Shown here: piece by piece, positions 23,940 to 36,240 of the stretch | Position numbering within the stretch: the first letter of the stretch is position 1 | Layout: each line of letters opens with the position of its first letter | Source of the DNA: Guillardia theta CCMP2712 | Taxonomy: Eukaryota > Protista > Cryptophyta | Assembly: GCF_000315625.1 (NCBI RefSeq) | Contig: NW_005434532.1 | Coordinates: 33,410 to 97,409 of the forward strand | DNA length: 64,000 nucleotides | Direction of reading: 5' to 3' | Notes under the pieces: generated by a model | The model's input: only the letters and a program-made list of their open reading frames with translations | The model's database searches: none | Told to the model about the DNA's origin: nothing | Made by a program: the position numbers and the translations under genes

Positions 23940-25110
23940 CAGTGATCGGACGGTCGCCAGCCGCTGAGCCGCCTCACAGGCCACTGAGCCGGGCGGCCCT
24001 CGGCCGGGCCCCCGTACCGCCGGGCTCAGCCGTGCAGCCCCCGGGCTGACCGTGGCTCCGACTCTGCTGAGCCTCCGGGCTCGGATCGGCGCCGGGGCCC
24101 GGCACTGAGTCACTGAGTCATGGCGGGTGACTGATGCCAGGGCCGAGAGGTGACCCGGCGTCACGGCGGCGCGGCCCCCCACTCAAGCCTCCACTACCAG
24201 GCTCCTGATTGTCTACGTACTGCCAGTTTCTAACTTTGAGTAAACTTGAACAGCCAACTTGAACCGTGTTACTAGTTACTAGTTAACTTGCCCGGCCCGG
24301 CCAGCACACGGGCTCAGCCGCGGCCGCGCACTCGGCCGCACGACGGTCCGAGGCTGAGTACCGTGACGGCGGGGGCGGGGGGCCGCCGCCGAGACTACGG
24401 GCGGCCGGGATCATGCGGCACGGTCCGACCGTCCGCCGACGGTCGAGTCATACCGTACCGTGACGGTCCCGCCGCGCCCCCGGCGCGGCTCAGCGCGGCC
24501 CGGCTGAGCCTCGGTGGCTGTGGCCAGGTCGCCGGGGCCGCGCCCGGCCGGGGGCCCCGCCCACTGGGCCAGTCAGGCTGGCCGCCGCGGCCGCCCCGCG
24601 TCGCCACGGTGCCAGGGCACCGGCTCACCGTGCGGCAGTCAGAGGCCCTGTGACGCCCGGCCCGCCCGGGGGCGCGGCCGCACCGTCGGCCTTACCGTAG
24701 TGACTGACGGTCGGACTCCTAAGTTCAACCGAATCCGGCGAGCCCCCCCGCCTGCCACCGGCCAGTGAGTGCCCCGCGCCGCGGACCGGCGGTCACGGTC
24801 CGACGGTCCGAGCGTACGGTCGGGCCCCACCGTGAGTATCGGCCCGCCGAATCACCATGATGATGGGCCACTCTGCGGTCGGAGGCCGCAGTGAGCCGGG
24901 CCCGGCCGCCCGAGGCTGAGGCCCGGCCGCCCACACGGGCCGTACCAGCCGCCGTGCCACGACTCGCCGCGGCGATGATGAAGACTCAGACGCCGTCACG
25001 GTGACTGGCCGCGCGGGGAGCCGGGCCCGGCCCGGGGGGCCGCCGGGCCGCTTGTGCCGGGACTCCGGGAGTCACGGTCCGCCCACCCGGTGACCAGCCC
25101 CTCACCGCCC
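23940..25110. other. Very GC-rich intergenic island with a restricted word vocabulary
   Basis: Dense ccgg/ggcc/cggccg with recurring tgagtca, gtcacggt and actgac. No credible ORF. Similar tracts occur at 31520-32110, 58935-59585 and 61720-61790. Confidence 0.7.
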
Positions 25111-26085
25111 CCCCTTGTTGTTACCTATATTAAAGCTTGTAGGTGGTCTGCAAAGGGGGTGGAGTCAGAGGGGGTTCAAACCAGGGGTCATATGATGGGT
25201 GAGACGTACGGTAGTTCTGCCGATAGAGAAGGGTAGGGGTAGGGTATCCCAATGACAGCTAGGGGTTGGGGTACTCAGTGTTAGGCGCCCCTTCAAATGA
25301 CCACCCACTCATTACACCCCCACAGGGGTCATGGCTCCATTACTTTTCAGTACCCTACCCCCGATTTACCCTTGACTTTGAGGGCGAGTGACCCCACCCC
25401 TACCTCTCGTACCCCTACGTCCCCCACCCCTACCTCCCCTACCCCTACTTTCCCCCCGACTCAACTTTCCCCTAGTAAATTTTGTAGCATTCCCTGTCAC
25501 CCGATGCCCACCCTACGTTGTGAATCCCTACCCCTACCTTCTACTACCCACCCTGTGTAATTGAGAAACTCGAGCAAATGAGCACCACCCTTTCACCTTC
25601 AATTTTCTTTCAAATATACCGGTCATACGTAAGTACCCACCCACCCTCGCTATTGAAAATTCAATGTTACCCTCTTGATGGCAGCCCATACTGTACCCCC
25701 TACCCCCTAATTTCCCAACAACTGAAACGCTTATCCTGCGAACATGCTGGGTGGTTCAGGCGAGGCCGCGATGTGATAAGGAGGGCTGCGACATGCTGGG
25801 TTAGATGGTTTTGATGAGGATGTAGTTATGGAGACGGTGAAACTCATCTTAGATTGTGGATTGCTGCACTCAAACAATAGATTTATCTAGGTTCAGGGAA
25901 AGAGATTTTTCTCGAAAGAGCTAGAGAGCAACAATCGCAGCTTTGCATGTTAAGGTCGCGCGTGTCAGCAGCATATCTTCCCGCATACATCTTGCAGACG
26001 ATTCCATCCCGCTGAAACACTGATTGCTTGCAGCAGGTGAAGCAATGCTCTTTGTAAGCTGAAGGCGAACTACCATACTAGCAGC

Positions 26086-28217
26086 ATGCCGCACTCCCAC
26101 ACATGGTCCACGGGTGACGAGAAGCATTGGTCCCGCAGCTCTCGAACGCCTCAGGAAGATTTTGCATCGTGGCATGTGAGAGGGGACGGGCTGCTAGGAG
26201 AGGCGCCCTTCACTCCGAAGCCTCCTGCTCAGCCATGTAACAGATATCGATACCCTAGGCCCAGTGCTACCAGCAGCGACGCAGTGAGAGCAAGCTCAAG
26301 ACCCTTCTCCTCCTCAAGACCCTTCTCCTCCTCCTCCTCCTCCTCCTCATCATCATCATACTTTCAACCCCATCAGAAGTTGGAGAGGGAATGGACAGTC
26401 TGGATCGACACCGCCAAGTCCAAGGTTCTGACCTCCCAGGACTTCGACCTCGAGCACTCGGAGCAGCACCCTATCACATCGTAAGTCTTCTCCCCTCCGT
26501 CACCATGGCGGCTGCTGCTAACATGCGAGTAGGTGGGACGACGTCCTGGAGTTCTGGAGTGCTCTGGAGGGTGGGAAGATCCCCCTGCAGCATGGCTGCA
26601 GTATCCGTTTCTTCCACAAGGGCATCAAACCGACGTGGGATGACTCGGAGGTATCAGCAGCTCTGGTGCTGCCGCCAGCGTGTCTGACGCCCTTCCTCCT
26701 GCCAGGCTCATGGCAAGTGGGTCCTGTTGACAGACCAAAAGGACACGCTTCACCGCCTGTGGCTGATCTGGAGTGCGCTGCTGGAGGCAAAGCACAAGAA
26801 CCTGACGCACATCTGTGGGATTGAGCTCAGCATCCGCCCGCAGCGCAACTCGATCGGGATCTGGAACCTCAAGGGAGGAAACTCCAACTTCATCAAGAAC
26901 ACTCGCTCCTTGCTCGTGTCTGCTGCCGGCCTCGACCCCCTCCACAAGCTCAACTACTTGATCATTCGGAATGCAGTAAGCAGCAACGGGTGTGCTGGTC
27001 AGAGCCTCAGGACTCAAGGCAGGAATGGCACAACGTTGATCGAGACGAAGCAGGATGGAGTGAGAAACTCAGCGTGGAGTCCTTACGGCATGTCTGTGGA
27101 GGATAGCTCCTTCAAGGGGGAGGAGAGTGGGTTATCGGCGGACTTGACTTGGCCAGGGGTGGGAGACAGGTTGTTCCTGCTAGAGCGAGCGTCGGGTGTC
27201 TCTGAGTGGGAGGCGAGGAGCCCGTTGATTAGCAGCGGATCGATCTGGAGTCCTTACCTCCACTCAAGCTTCCAGGAGCAGCATCGAGATGCAGAGCAAG
27301 CAGGGCAGGAGGAGAAAGATGGGCGACGAGATCTCGATGGGAGGTTCACGACCGCAGAGCTTCCTTCCTTCTTCCAGACGGAGGGACCGATGATCGATGA
27401 GCCTCTGGAGCCTGAGGAGGAGCTGAAGGAGGAGCAGGCGGAGGAGGAACAGGTGGACCTTTCACGGAGAGGGCGCGGGACCATCTCAACCGAGGACATC
27501 AAGTCATTCCAGGCGAGACTTGCTGCATTCGCCGAGGCGATACGGAGTAGAGAAGGGCCAGAGGGGGTCAGAGAGTCGAAGATGACTGCAAGAAGTGCTC
27601 AGAGGGAGGAGGAGGAGGAGGAGGAGGAGGGGAAAACAAAGAATGACAGGAGTTTCACGCCGTTTTCTTGCTGGGGGCAAGACAAGGACGAGAAGGAGCA
27701 GTTTGCAGGACACGACGAGGAGGAAGAGAATGCGGGAGGCGAAGACAGAGCTCCTGCAGGAGATCAGGAGGTTGATGATGACACAGATCTACAGGAGGAT
27801 GGGGCTGGGGCCGGAGAGTCGGCGAGGCGGTTAGAGGAGGAGGGGGCGGAAGAAGGGTCAAGACATGTCCGGTCGCTGAGCAGGGAGCTGCGGGTGAAGT
27901 TGCTGATGAGGAGCCTTATCACGACAGCGCAGCTCGAGGACAAGGGCGTCGTGCGAGGTAATCGAATCCGGACGCAGACCAAGGAAGCAAGGTTGCGAAC
28001 CACGGAAGACAAGAGGAGGAATGAGGGAAGGAGTGAAGGCGCGGCTATCAGGGCGTCTTTGGATGCCAGGAAGGGAGGAGGAGGAGAAGAGGAAAACAGG
28101 ATCTCGTGCGCGCAGCGGGTGGTGTGGCTGCTGCTGGGGTCTGGGCTGACATCGCTGATGGCCTTGCTGTACTTCTGGTTGTTTGCCGACACGATCTCAA
28201 GTGTGCGGGTGCTGTAG
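26086..28217 (+). CDS. eIF4E-family cap-binding protein with long acidic C-terminal extension and terminal TM helix (~674 aa; exons 26086-26480, 26533-26650, 26706-28217)
   Basis: QKLEREWTVW..ITS|WDDVLEFW..IRFFHKGIKPTWDDSE|AHGKW..LWLIWSALL..ICGIELSIRPQRNSIGIW is the eIF4E tryptophan pattern. The protein ends VVWLLLGSGLTSLMALLYFWLFADTISSVRVL*. Confidence 0.88.
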
Positions 28218-28914
28218 AGATTTTAACACTGCAAGCAGTGAAGAATGTGAAAGGGAGCAAAGCAAGATCAGATTGTGTCTTATCTTCTCTCCTGCCCTTT
28301 TTGTTCACTTGTCTCGTTTCTTCTCTTTGTGCAACTACACCTGCATTGTTTCTTCCCCGTTCACGCTCCCCATCCTTATCATCTTCCAATAGCTTTGTCT
28401 TGCCTCGGCCACATGACGACAACAATGCGAATAGCAGAAGCTAGCGCACAATCATGTAACCCGAGATGCGATGATCTTGCAAAAACGTGAAAGCGCATTT
28501 GCCATTCAGCCTGTCTACCTCGAACGCTCTTCTAGTCCTCGAGCGCCCGCAGTCTCAAAGAAAGAGAAAATCCGGAGGTGAACCAACGAGGTTGGAGAAA
28601 GAGAGCAGAGAATGTTTGACAGAAGAAATCACCGAGAGATGTTTTGCAGAAAACAGATGCAAGAAGGTTATCATGAAAGCAAGAGGAGTGGACGATACAA
28701 AGAGATAGGGTAGGCGCGAGGGCAGGGTGGAAACGGAACGAAAGGAGAGGCAAGAAGAGAGGAGAGAAGGGTAGGGAAGGAGGTAGAGGAGGCGGGGAGC
28801 CGGGGTGTGACGTTTCTCGGGTCATATAATAAAAATGTTTCATAGCATAAGATGTCCAATGAAGCTACAAAGATAAAACGAATAAACAGCAAACTGAGCT
28901 CAACGTCTCAGTCC

Positions 28915-30051
28915 TTAGCTCTCCGGGTGAGCCGTGACGACGTCAATCCATGCTGAGATCGCCATCATCCCCGCGAAGGAGCATGAGAGAGAGAAGGAGC
29001 ACCTGAGCAACCTCAGTTAGAAACACGATTGCCGAGCATGTCTACTCCTCCCCCCCCCCCGCCCTTCCTCTCCCTCCCTCCCTCCCTCCCTCCTCACGTC
29101 AACTTACATCGGGATCGACATCTCCTTAATGGCATCGGAGATCAACTCGAAGCACGCTACCCAGAACATGGCGCCCGCCGCAAAGCCCAGCCCAACGGGC
29201 TCCCACACGATGAACTGCTCCACGAAAAGGTAGACGGGGACGGCGATGAGAGGCTGCGGCAGGCTGGAGCAGATCGCCATGGCGAACGTCTGGAACTTGG
29301 GTACGCCGCGGGGAACGAGCACGAGCGCTACCGCAAGGCCCTCGGGGACGTTGTGAACGGCGAGACTGGCAGAGATGAAGGCGCCCAGGTGCGCTCCGCC
29401 CTTGCCGCAGAAGGAGACGCCGATGCCCAACCCCTCAGCGAAGGAGTGGAGGGTCATGACGGACACGATCAAGCAGATCTTGGCGGCCTCCAGCCCCGTG
29501 ATGTCCCCGAGCCTCAGGTCCTCGTACCCCTCAACGTAGCTCTTGGTGTAGCGCACAAACACCATGCCCAGGATGACGCCAACGATCACCCGCGTCACGT
29601 GCGAGATCTCGTAGCCGAGCAGGGAGGCGCCGTCAGGGTCCAGCGCCACTCCCTCCGTCACCAGGCTGTAGCTCGCTGAGAGCATCATGCCAGCAGCGAT
29701 CGCGTTGGAGGCTCCGAGCCAGAAGTCCGAGGGCTTGCTGAAGAAGAGCAGGGGCAGCGCTCCCAGCCCGGTGGACAAGGCGGCCAGCCAGCCATAGTAC
29801 CAGACATGCCCGACCGTTGGGACTCGCGCAGTGAGCGTGGCGGGCATGGTGAAGTAGGAGATGAGGGCCATGAGGGAGATGATGGCTGCGAACTGAAGCG
29901 TCTCCGACGAAACTCTCTTGCCCTCTGCACGGCTCCTCCTCTGGCAAGCGTCAGCATTCTTTCCCTCGCGAATCAGTTCCTTCTCCCCCTTCACGTTCCT
30001 CCTCTGCACGCTAGTCCTGTCAGTGGAGCACATGCTTGCCGCTGCAATCAA
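28915..30051 (-). CDS. ZIP-family (ZupT/GufA/ZIP11-type) metal transporter; 5' end uncertain
   Basis: STGLGALP, AIAAGMML, MTLHSFAEGLGIGVSF, LAVHNVPEGLAVA and GFAAGAM motifs. Last exon ~28915-29003. Confidence 0.92.
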
Positions 30052-31519
30052 CGTGGCCCCGGGTCGGCCTCCCTCCCCTGTTCAACGAGCAGCTGCTCTT
30101 CTCTTCCTGCCGCTGACTCCCGCTTCCTGTGCTCTGTCTTTGCTGTTCTCTCGAGGTAACTGGGTAAAGGAACAGCACCTATCCTCCTCAAGCTCGAGCC
30201 ACAGTCCTGTCACACGAGGCCACGTGTGGGTCCTGGAACTCAGGGAGGACGGAAAGAGCCTGAGGAGGAGAGAGCGGGTGGGAGCAGGGAGAGATCGGAG
30301 CCAACTCAGGAGCAGTGAGTCAGTAGAGTGCAGAGAGGAACGAAGGAGAGAGGTTAGGTGGAAGGAGCAGCGGGAAGCAGGGGGGGGGAGCGCAAGAGGA
30401 GGAGGGGGGTAGAGGAGGAGGAGGAGGCTGCGGGAATCTCAGGGGGTGGGTGACAGAAAGCCTGACCTCCTGTTAAATGCTTTCCGGTAGGGGCTCTAGA
30501 TATTAGAATCAGTTTCGAAAATATCGGCTTATTTTCAAAACAATTGCAAATATTATCGCAATATTTCACCCTCATCATATGAAATATTTTAGACTCCTAT
30601 CTATACCACCTCTCAGTTCTATTATTAGTCAACTATCCTATTAAAATGCTGAGGCAGACTTGATTTTACAGCATTTGATAGAAAAAGATAAGTAAACTTT
30701 GATGAATGAAACTTAATTTAACTAAACTATCACAGGGTATGCGGGGGTCCTTGTAGTACCCTCCACACCGCCCCCTACCCCACGAGTACAATGGCACCCC
30801 ACCCACCGGTTTCAACCATCCAAGCACCCCTCAATGACAGACCCGAGGCGGGGGTGAATGACAGGGGGTGGGTGTCAGAAAATCCTAGTTGACTAATTCG
30901 GGCCCTTGAGTCTGACTCGTTTGTGACCACCCTACCCTCATTTCAGCCCCCCATATTTTATACCGGTACTTTTATCTCCAATCACCCCATGATTCTACCG
31001 AGCAACTATTACATTCGCCACCTCCACCCCTCTTTCCTTTCTATCGTATAAAGGTAGTACCCCACCCCAACCTGAAGTTTTCTTCATTTCACCATGGACC
31101 ACCCCCCTTTATTCCGTATACCCATGGGTAGTACCTACCACCATTAAGATGTCGAGTTCCTGGAGTACCCACCACCCCTAAGTCCTTTGCACTTTCCTCT
31201 ACACACTCAACCACGACCCCACCCCCCAAGTTCCCTCTCGTTGATACAAATACTACCCCCTCCATTTGTGTGGACCCTACCCTAATACTATTTTACTTTA
31301 CCATGACTACCTACCCCCATTTCACTCCACAACCCACCCAGTTCCCTCACCTACCCCTATCTCCCTGAGTCTAGAGATGCAACCCTCTTCTAGGTACCAC
31401 CCCCACCATCTGAATTACTGGAGTACGCACCCGTGTTTCCCCACGAGCATCCTCTTACTACCCCTCCTTCTCCCTGGTCTTCTTTAAGTGCCAAGGATTC
31501 AGCTTGGCATGAACTTATT

Positions 31520-32110
31520 TCGTGACACAGTGACGGTCTCATGATTACCCGGGACTCAGAGTCGCCGGCCGGGCCGGGCGCCGCGACTGGCAGCCTCAGC
31601 GGCCCGGGTCCCGGGCGTGCGGCGGGCGGAGCCGCTCAGCGGCTCACGGCCGCGGCCCGGTCCGACGGCCTGAGTCATGTGTCTGACGGGAGTCTGTGAC
31701 TCAGTCGGCTCAGTGTGCCACGGACCGGGCCGGGTGGCCCTGGCAGCCTGGCAGCTCAGCGGCTAGGCTCAGTACCGAACCCGGGCCGAGTCACCGGTGC
31801 CACGGTTGATTTCACGGCCCTTGACGCCGCGGTCCGGTCGCGGCGCCGAGTCGGGTGGGCCGGCCGCCGGTCGGAAACCTTCCGACAAAACCGTAGTAAG
31901 TTTCAAGGCTGACACTGAGTTTACTCGCGGGGGCCCGGCGGGCCCGGGGCCGCGCCGGCGCCGGCCCGACACGGTTCCGATCGGATGCCGGGCGGCCCGC
32001 CGCGCCGCGCGCGGCGCCGTACTCCGGGGAACGGAGCCTCCCGGCGGCCGGGCATGGCAGACCGACGGTCGGCCGTGGGCCGGCGATCAGATCCAACTGG
32101 TGAGATGGTC
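31520..32110. other. Very GC-rich intergenic island (same vocabulary as 23940-25110)
   Basis: ggccgggccggg, tgagtca, gtgactcag, gagtcaccggt. Directly follows a TACCC-rich tract (30735-31490). Confidence 0.65.
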
Positions 32111-32219
32111 GAGCAAGTTGGTGGTGACCTGGTTGTCTGCCGAGTAAAAGCTCCACCTGTGGTAATCAGTCAGAAGCGCCGACTCGTCTCAGTACCGTCT
32201 CGATCACGGTCAGTCCTCA

Positions 32220-33263
32220 CTACCTTTCCTCGATCTCTTCTTTGCTGTTTCCTCCCGTCTTGGTCGGGTTGATGAGCTGTCGGGTAGGAGAGCAGGGTGA
32301 TTGGCAAGAAAGAAGAACAGACAAAGTCATTATCCGATCGCTGCCATGCCGCACAAGAGAACAAGTTGACTGCACACTGACCTGGAAGTGAGTGGCTTCG
32401 GTCTCCAAGAGGGATCGCAGGGAGTACTCTCGCAAGTGCCCGCACTTGTACCAGCCGCAGGGTTCAGGCCGATGCTCCCAGAGCACGAAGACGGCGTCCT
32501 TGTCCGAGGAGACGCTAACGATCATCCCAGCTCGGCTGCTGGGGTTGTTCTGGTCCGCCTTGAGCGGTTTCACCCGCATGCCAAGGCAGGGCTCCAAGTC
32601 GAGGCCGACGATGATGCAGTCCGCGCACTTGGTAGTGGTTGAGGGATCAGTCAGGTAGGTGGAAGCGTGGTGCTCCCGCAGACTCTCTCTCATGGTCTGC
32701 GTTGCGCTTCGAAAGATGGTCACCTCGTCCTCCTTGCTGTCGAGCTTGGAGTCCTCCTCCTCTGCCAGCTCCGTGGAAGTCTCTTGCGCTCCTGGTGCTC
32801 CTCTTCCGGTCGGCATGGCAGTGTACCTGCCCTTGGCAAACGCCGTGACCTTGTCTCTGATCTGCCTCATGAAGTTCCTGTGCCGCACGCTGTTCTCTTC
32901 CGGCAGAGCAAACAGGATCTCGTCGCAACGGAAAAGCTTGTCTGGCAGCTCCATGTCCGACAGCATAATTTGCTCGATCTCGATCTCTGCAAGCAGTCTC
33001 GAGGTTTCCGACTCCCTCTCCTTCCTTTCTCGATGCTCGGTTTGCCTTCCTTCCTCCTCCCGCTGCTCCTGCGCCACTTCCAGTCGAGCATCGTCAAGGT
33101 ACATCTGCTCTATCGCGTCTTCCAGCAAAAATTCCCAGCTGTCAAGTTGATCGAGAATCTCCTGAGATCGCTGTATCCGCAGCGTTGCCATGTGCATGGT
33201 GGGCATCCCCTCAGGCCCAGTAGCGCCGCCAAGGGCTCTTGTCTCTACTCCGATCATCTTCAC
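32220..33263 (-). CDS. Hypothetical protein with coiled region and C-terminal MIB/HERC2-like domain; both ends probably spliced
   Basis: 347-aa ORF. LGMRVKP..AGMIVSV..AVFVLWE..WYKCGHLREYSL resembles the Mib_Herc2 pattern GxRV..G.V..V.V.W...YR.G...YDL. Confidence 0.6.
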   Translation of the reverse strand: MKMIGVETRALGGATGPEGMPTMHMATLRIQRSQEILDQLDSWEFLLEDAIEQMYLDDARLEVAQEQREEEGRQTEHRERKERESETSRLLAEIEIEQIMLSDMELPDKLFRCDEILFALPEENSVRHRNFMRQIRDKVTAFAKGRYTAMPTGRGAPGAQETSTELAEEEDSKLDSKEDEVTIFRSATQTMRESLREHHASTYLTDPSTTTKCADCIIVGLDLEPCLGMRVKPLKADQNNPSSRAGMIVSVSSDKDAVFVLWEHRPEPCGWYKCGHLREYSLRSLLETEATHFQVSVQSTCSLVRHGSDRIMTLSVLLSCQSPCSPTRQLINPTKTGGNSKEEIEER

Positions 33264-33712
33264 TCCTCTATCCTCTTCTCTCGCTCTCTCCCACCCTTGC
33301 AGCTCGTCGCAAGCGAGTTTTGAGCAGGTTTCTCCTCCTTCCTCTCAATCCGCAGCCACTGGCTGTCCGCTTACCTTGAAGTTTGAGATGCTGTCTCGAC
33401 CTTGTTTTTCACCAGGTCTTGCTGTCAGTTCTAGGCTGCAGAGCAGTTAGCTTCCAGTCATCTTCAACTTAATCAGTGTAGTTACTCCTCTCCACTCAGC
33501 CTTCACCAGGCCACCTGTCCCTGTAGCATCACCTCCTCTCCCTCTTCCCTCTGCTGTTCTCTCGTCTCGACTCGCCACGTCTACACACTACCTTGGGCTA
33601 GTCTAGTCCCTCAACTGAGTCCAAGACTGAGAGTCTCCTGACCCCATCCCACTGTCAACTGCCGCTGTCCGATCACCCCGGGCCATCCCGCTACGCGCTC
33701 TTACTAGTAGAT

Positions 33713-33975
33713 GCTCTGCTCTGCTCTGCTCTGCTCTGCCCTGCCCTGCTGTAGGTGCCCTGCCCTGCCCTGCCCTGCCCTGCCCTGCCGCTCAGTGCTC
33801 TGCCCTGCCCTGCCCTGCCCTGCTCTGCTCTGCTCTGCCCTGCTCTGCTCTGCTCTGCTCTGCCCTGCCCTGCTCTGCCGCAGTGCTCTGCCCTGCTCAG
33901 ACGGTGCCCTGCTCTGCTCAGAGTCTGCTCTGCTCTGCTCTGCTCTGCTCTGCTCTGCTCTGCTCTGCTCTGCTC
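33713..33975. repeat. (CTCTG/CCCTG)n pentamer satellite
   Basis: ctgctctgctctgccctgccctg... read directly. Confidence 0.95.
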
Positions 33976-34138
33976 TTCCCTCTTCTTTGTCCTCCCGCTG
34001 CGGCTAGTCAAGCTTGAAAGCCGCATGCTAATATCGGAGTCACTCAGCGGGCCCGGATCTCGGACCCGGTGGTTGCCATCATCACTCCCCCCTGTATCCT
34101 GAAGGATACACTGCAGCATAGAAGGCTGCGGCTTCCGC

Positions 34139-35039
34139 ATGGCGGGCTGCTGCATTCCTCTCCTCCTCCTCCTCCTCCTCACGTTCACCTGCTCCTCCTC
34201 CTCCCTCCTCCTCACCACTAGTAACATCGTCCTCTCCTCCTCTCCCTACATCCTCCGTGCCAACCCTCCCTTGCCATCCCCTCTCCCACTCTCCCCTCCC
34301 TCGTCTTCGATGCTCTTCGTACCCTCCATCTCGGCATTGCGGGTTTCTATGCCACATGCCCGGCATGCATGTGTATCTTGTCTCCATCAACGTTTCTCTC
34401 CTTTGAACCGCCGCTCTCCTCTCTTCTCTGATTCTTCTCTTCAAGGACGCGGCAGAGCAGGAACCAACGCTAACTTCCGCACAAGAGTCTTCATGAACGG
34501 CCCCATCCTCGACGCCTCCTCCTCCTCGCCATCCAACCCTCCTCCTGATGGCGACAAACTCTTCTCTGCTCCGGCATCTAGGAACGTATCCCCCATCCTG
34601 GACGTCATGAAGACTCTGGTCCCCCAGGGGGAAGGCAAGGTGCTGGCAGTTGCTGAGGGCAGCGGGCAGCACGTGTCTTGCTTCGCCAAGAACCTTCCCC
34701 TCCTCAAGTTCGTTGCGACTGACCTCGACAGCAAGGCAGTTGCCTCCATCCGCGCCTACGTGAAGGAGGAGGGAGTGAGCAACGTGCTTGCGATCGAGCA
34801 GCTGGATATGACGGCTGTCCCTCACTGGGAGGAGAAGTCCTGGGCCTCCTCCTCCTCCTTCGACCTCGTCTATGCCGTCAACCTCACCCACATCTCACCC
34901 TGGGCTGCGTCCCTGGGGCTGCTGGCTACTGCTGCTCGTCTGCTGCGAGAGGGAGGCGTGCTGATGATCTACGGGCCGTTCAAGGTGGACGGCAAGTGCA
35001 CGGTAATGGCATGGGCAGAGTCAAGAGGATTGCAAAGGG

Positions 35040-35084
<45 letters not shown>

Positions 35085-35581
35085 ATGAAAATGATAGCAT
35101 GAGAGGAGGGGGATGATGAGGAGAGGAGAGGAAGACGAGAGGAGAGGAGAGGAGAGGAGAGGAAGACGAGAGGAGAGGAGAGGAGAGGAGAGGAGAGGAA
35201 GACGAGAGGAGAGGAGAGGAGAGGAGAGGAGAGGAAGACGAGAGGAGAGGAGAGGAGAGGAAGACGGAGAGGAGAGGAGAGGAAGACGAGAGGAAGATGG
35301 GAGGGAGGGGTAGAGGAGGTCTGGGGGTTGAGTTTTGAGGTGGAGTTGCGAAGAGAGGAAGGGAAGGGAGAGATTCTGATTGAGAAACAGACTGAGAGCA
35401 ACGAGGAGTTCGACAAGAAGCTAAGGAGTCAGAACTCTGAGTGGGGTAAGAGGAGGAGTTCTCTGTTGCTCTCTCCACCCTTCCCACCTCCTCCTTCCCT
35501 GCGACCCCCCCCCCCCCCCCCCGGCCCCCCCGGCTCCTCTCCCTCTCTTTCCTTCTTCTCTTGCTGGCTGCTTTCCACGAT

Positions 35582-35669
<88 letters not shown>

Positions 35670-36073
35670 CCGTCCCCGTCCCCGTCCTCGTCTTCGTCAT
35701 CGTCTTCGTCCTCCTCCTTGTCCTCGCCTTCTCACCTCTCTGTACAGCGCTGTCCTTTCCTCAACTCAATTTCTTTCAGGCTACAGGGACATCGACGATC
35801 TCAAGGCTGCTGGCTCGGAAAGAGGTGACATCATTACACTTGTACTCCTCCCTCCTCCTCCTCCCTCCTCTACCTCCCCGGCTCCGCTCTCCCTCCTCCC
35901 GATTTCTCTCATCCTTCTCCCCTTCCCTGCCCTTCCCCTGCCCTTGCATCCCCTCTGTCCTCTGCCTTACCCTTCCTCTCTCTTTTCTGCTCACGTCTCA
36001 GCCCTCAGGTCTTAAGTTTGTCAGGGCAGAGAGCATGCCGGCAAACAACTTCATCCTCATCTTCAACAAGTGA
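34139..36073 (+). CDS. METTL26: DUF938 / methyltransferase-like 26, with predicted N-terminal targeting peptide
   Basis: SAPASRNVSPILDV; GSGQH; VNLTHISPW; LMIYGPFKVDGKCT|TESNEEFDKKLRSQNSEWG|YRDIDDL..|..MPANNFILIFNK*. Confidence 0.9.
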
Positions 36074-36240
36074 AGGAGAACAAATCCAGATCATCTCAAT
36101 TTTATCAATGCATCTCCCATTTCAATCATCCTGCTCCTAATCGTGCTCGTGCTCGTTCTCGTGCTCGTCCTGGTCCTGGTCTCCCGATGCTCCTGCACCA
36201 GCACTAGCTTCTCTTCCTCTTTTACTTCACGCTCCCTCCT

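Noticed and set aside
23919-25236. Arg/Pro/Gly/Ala-rich ORFs in the GC island
   Set aside because: Such ORFs are expected from stop-codon scarcity at extreme GC, and they show no domain features.
25200-25560. Interstitial telomeric repeat
   Set aside because: GGGTA words are dispersed and irregular, not tandem copies of a fixed unit.
29029-29679. 216-aa plus-strand ORF
   Set aside because: Antisense shadow of the GC3-rich ZIP CDS.
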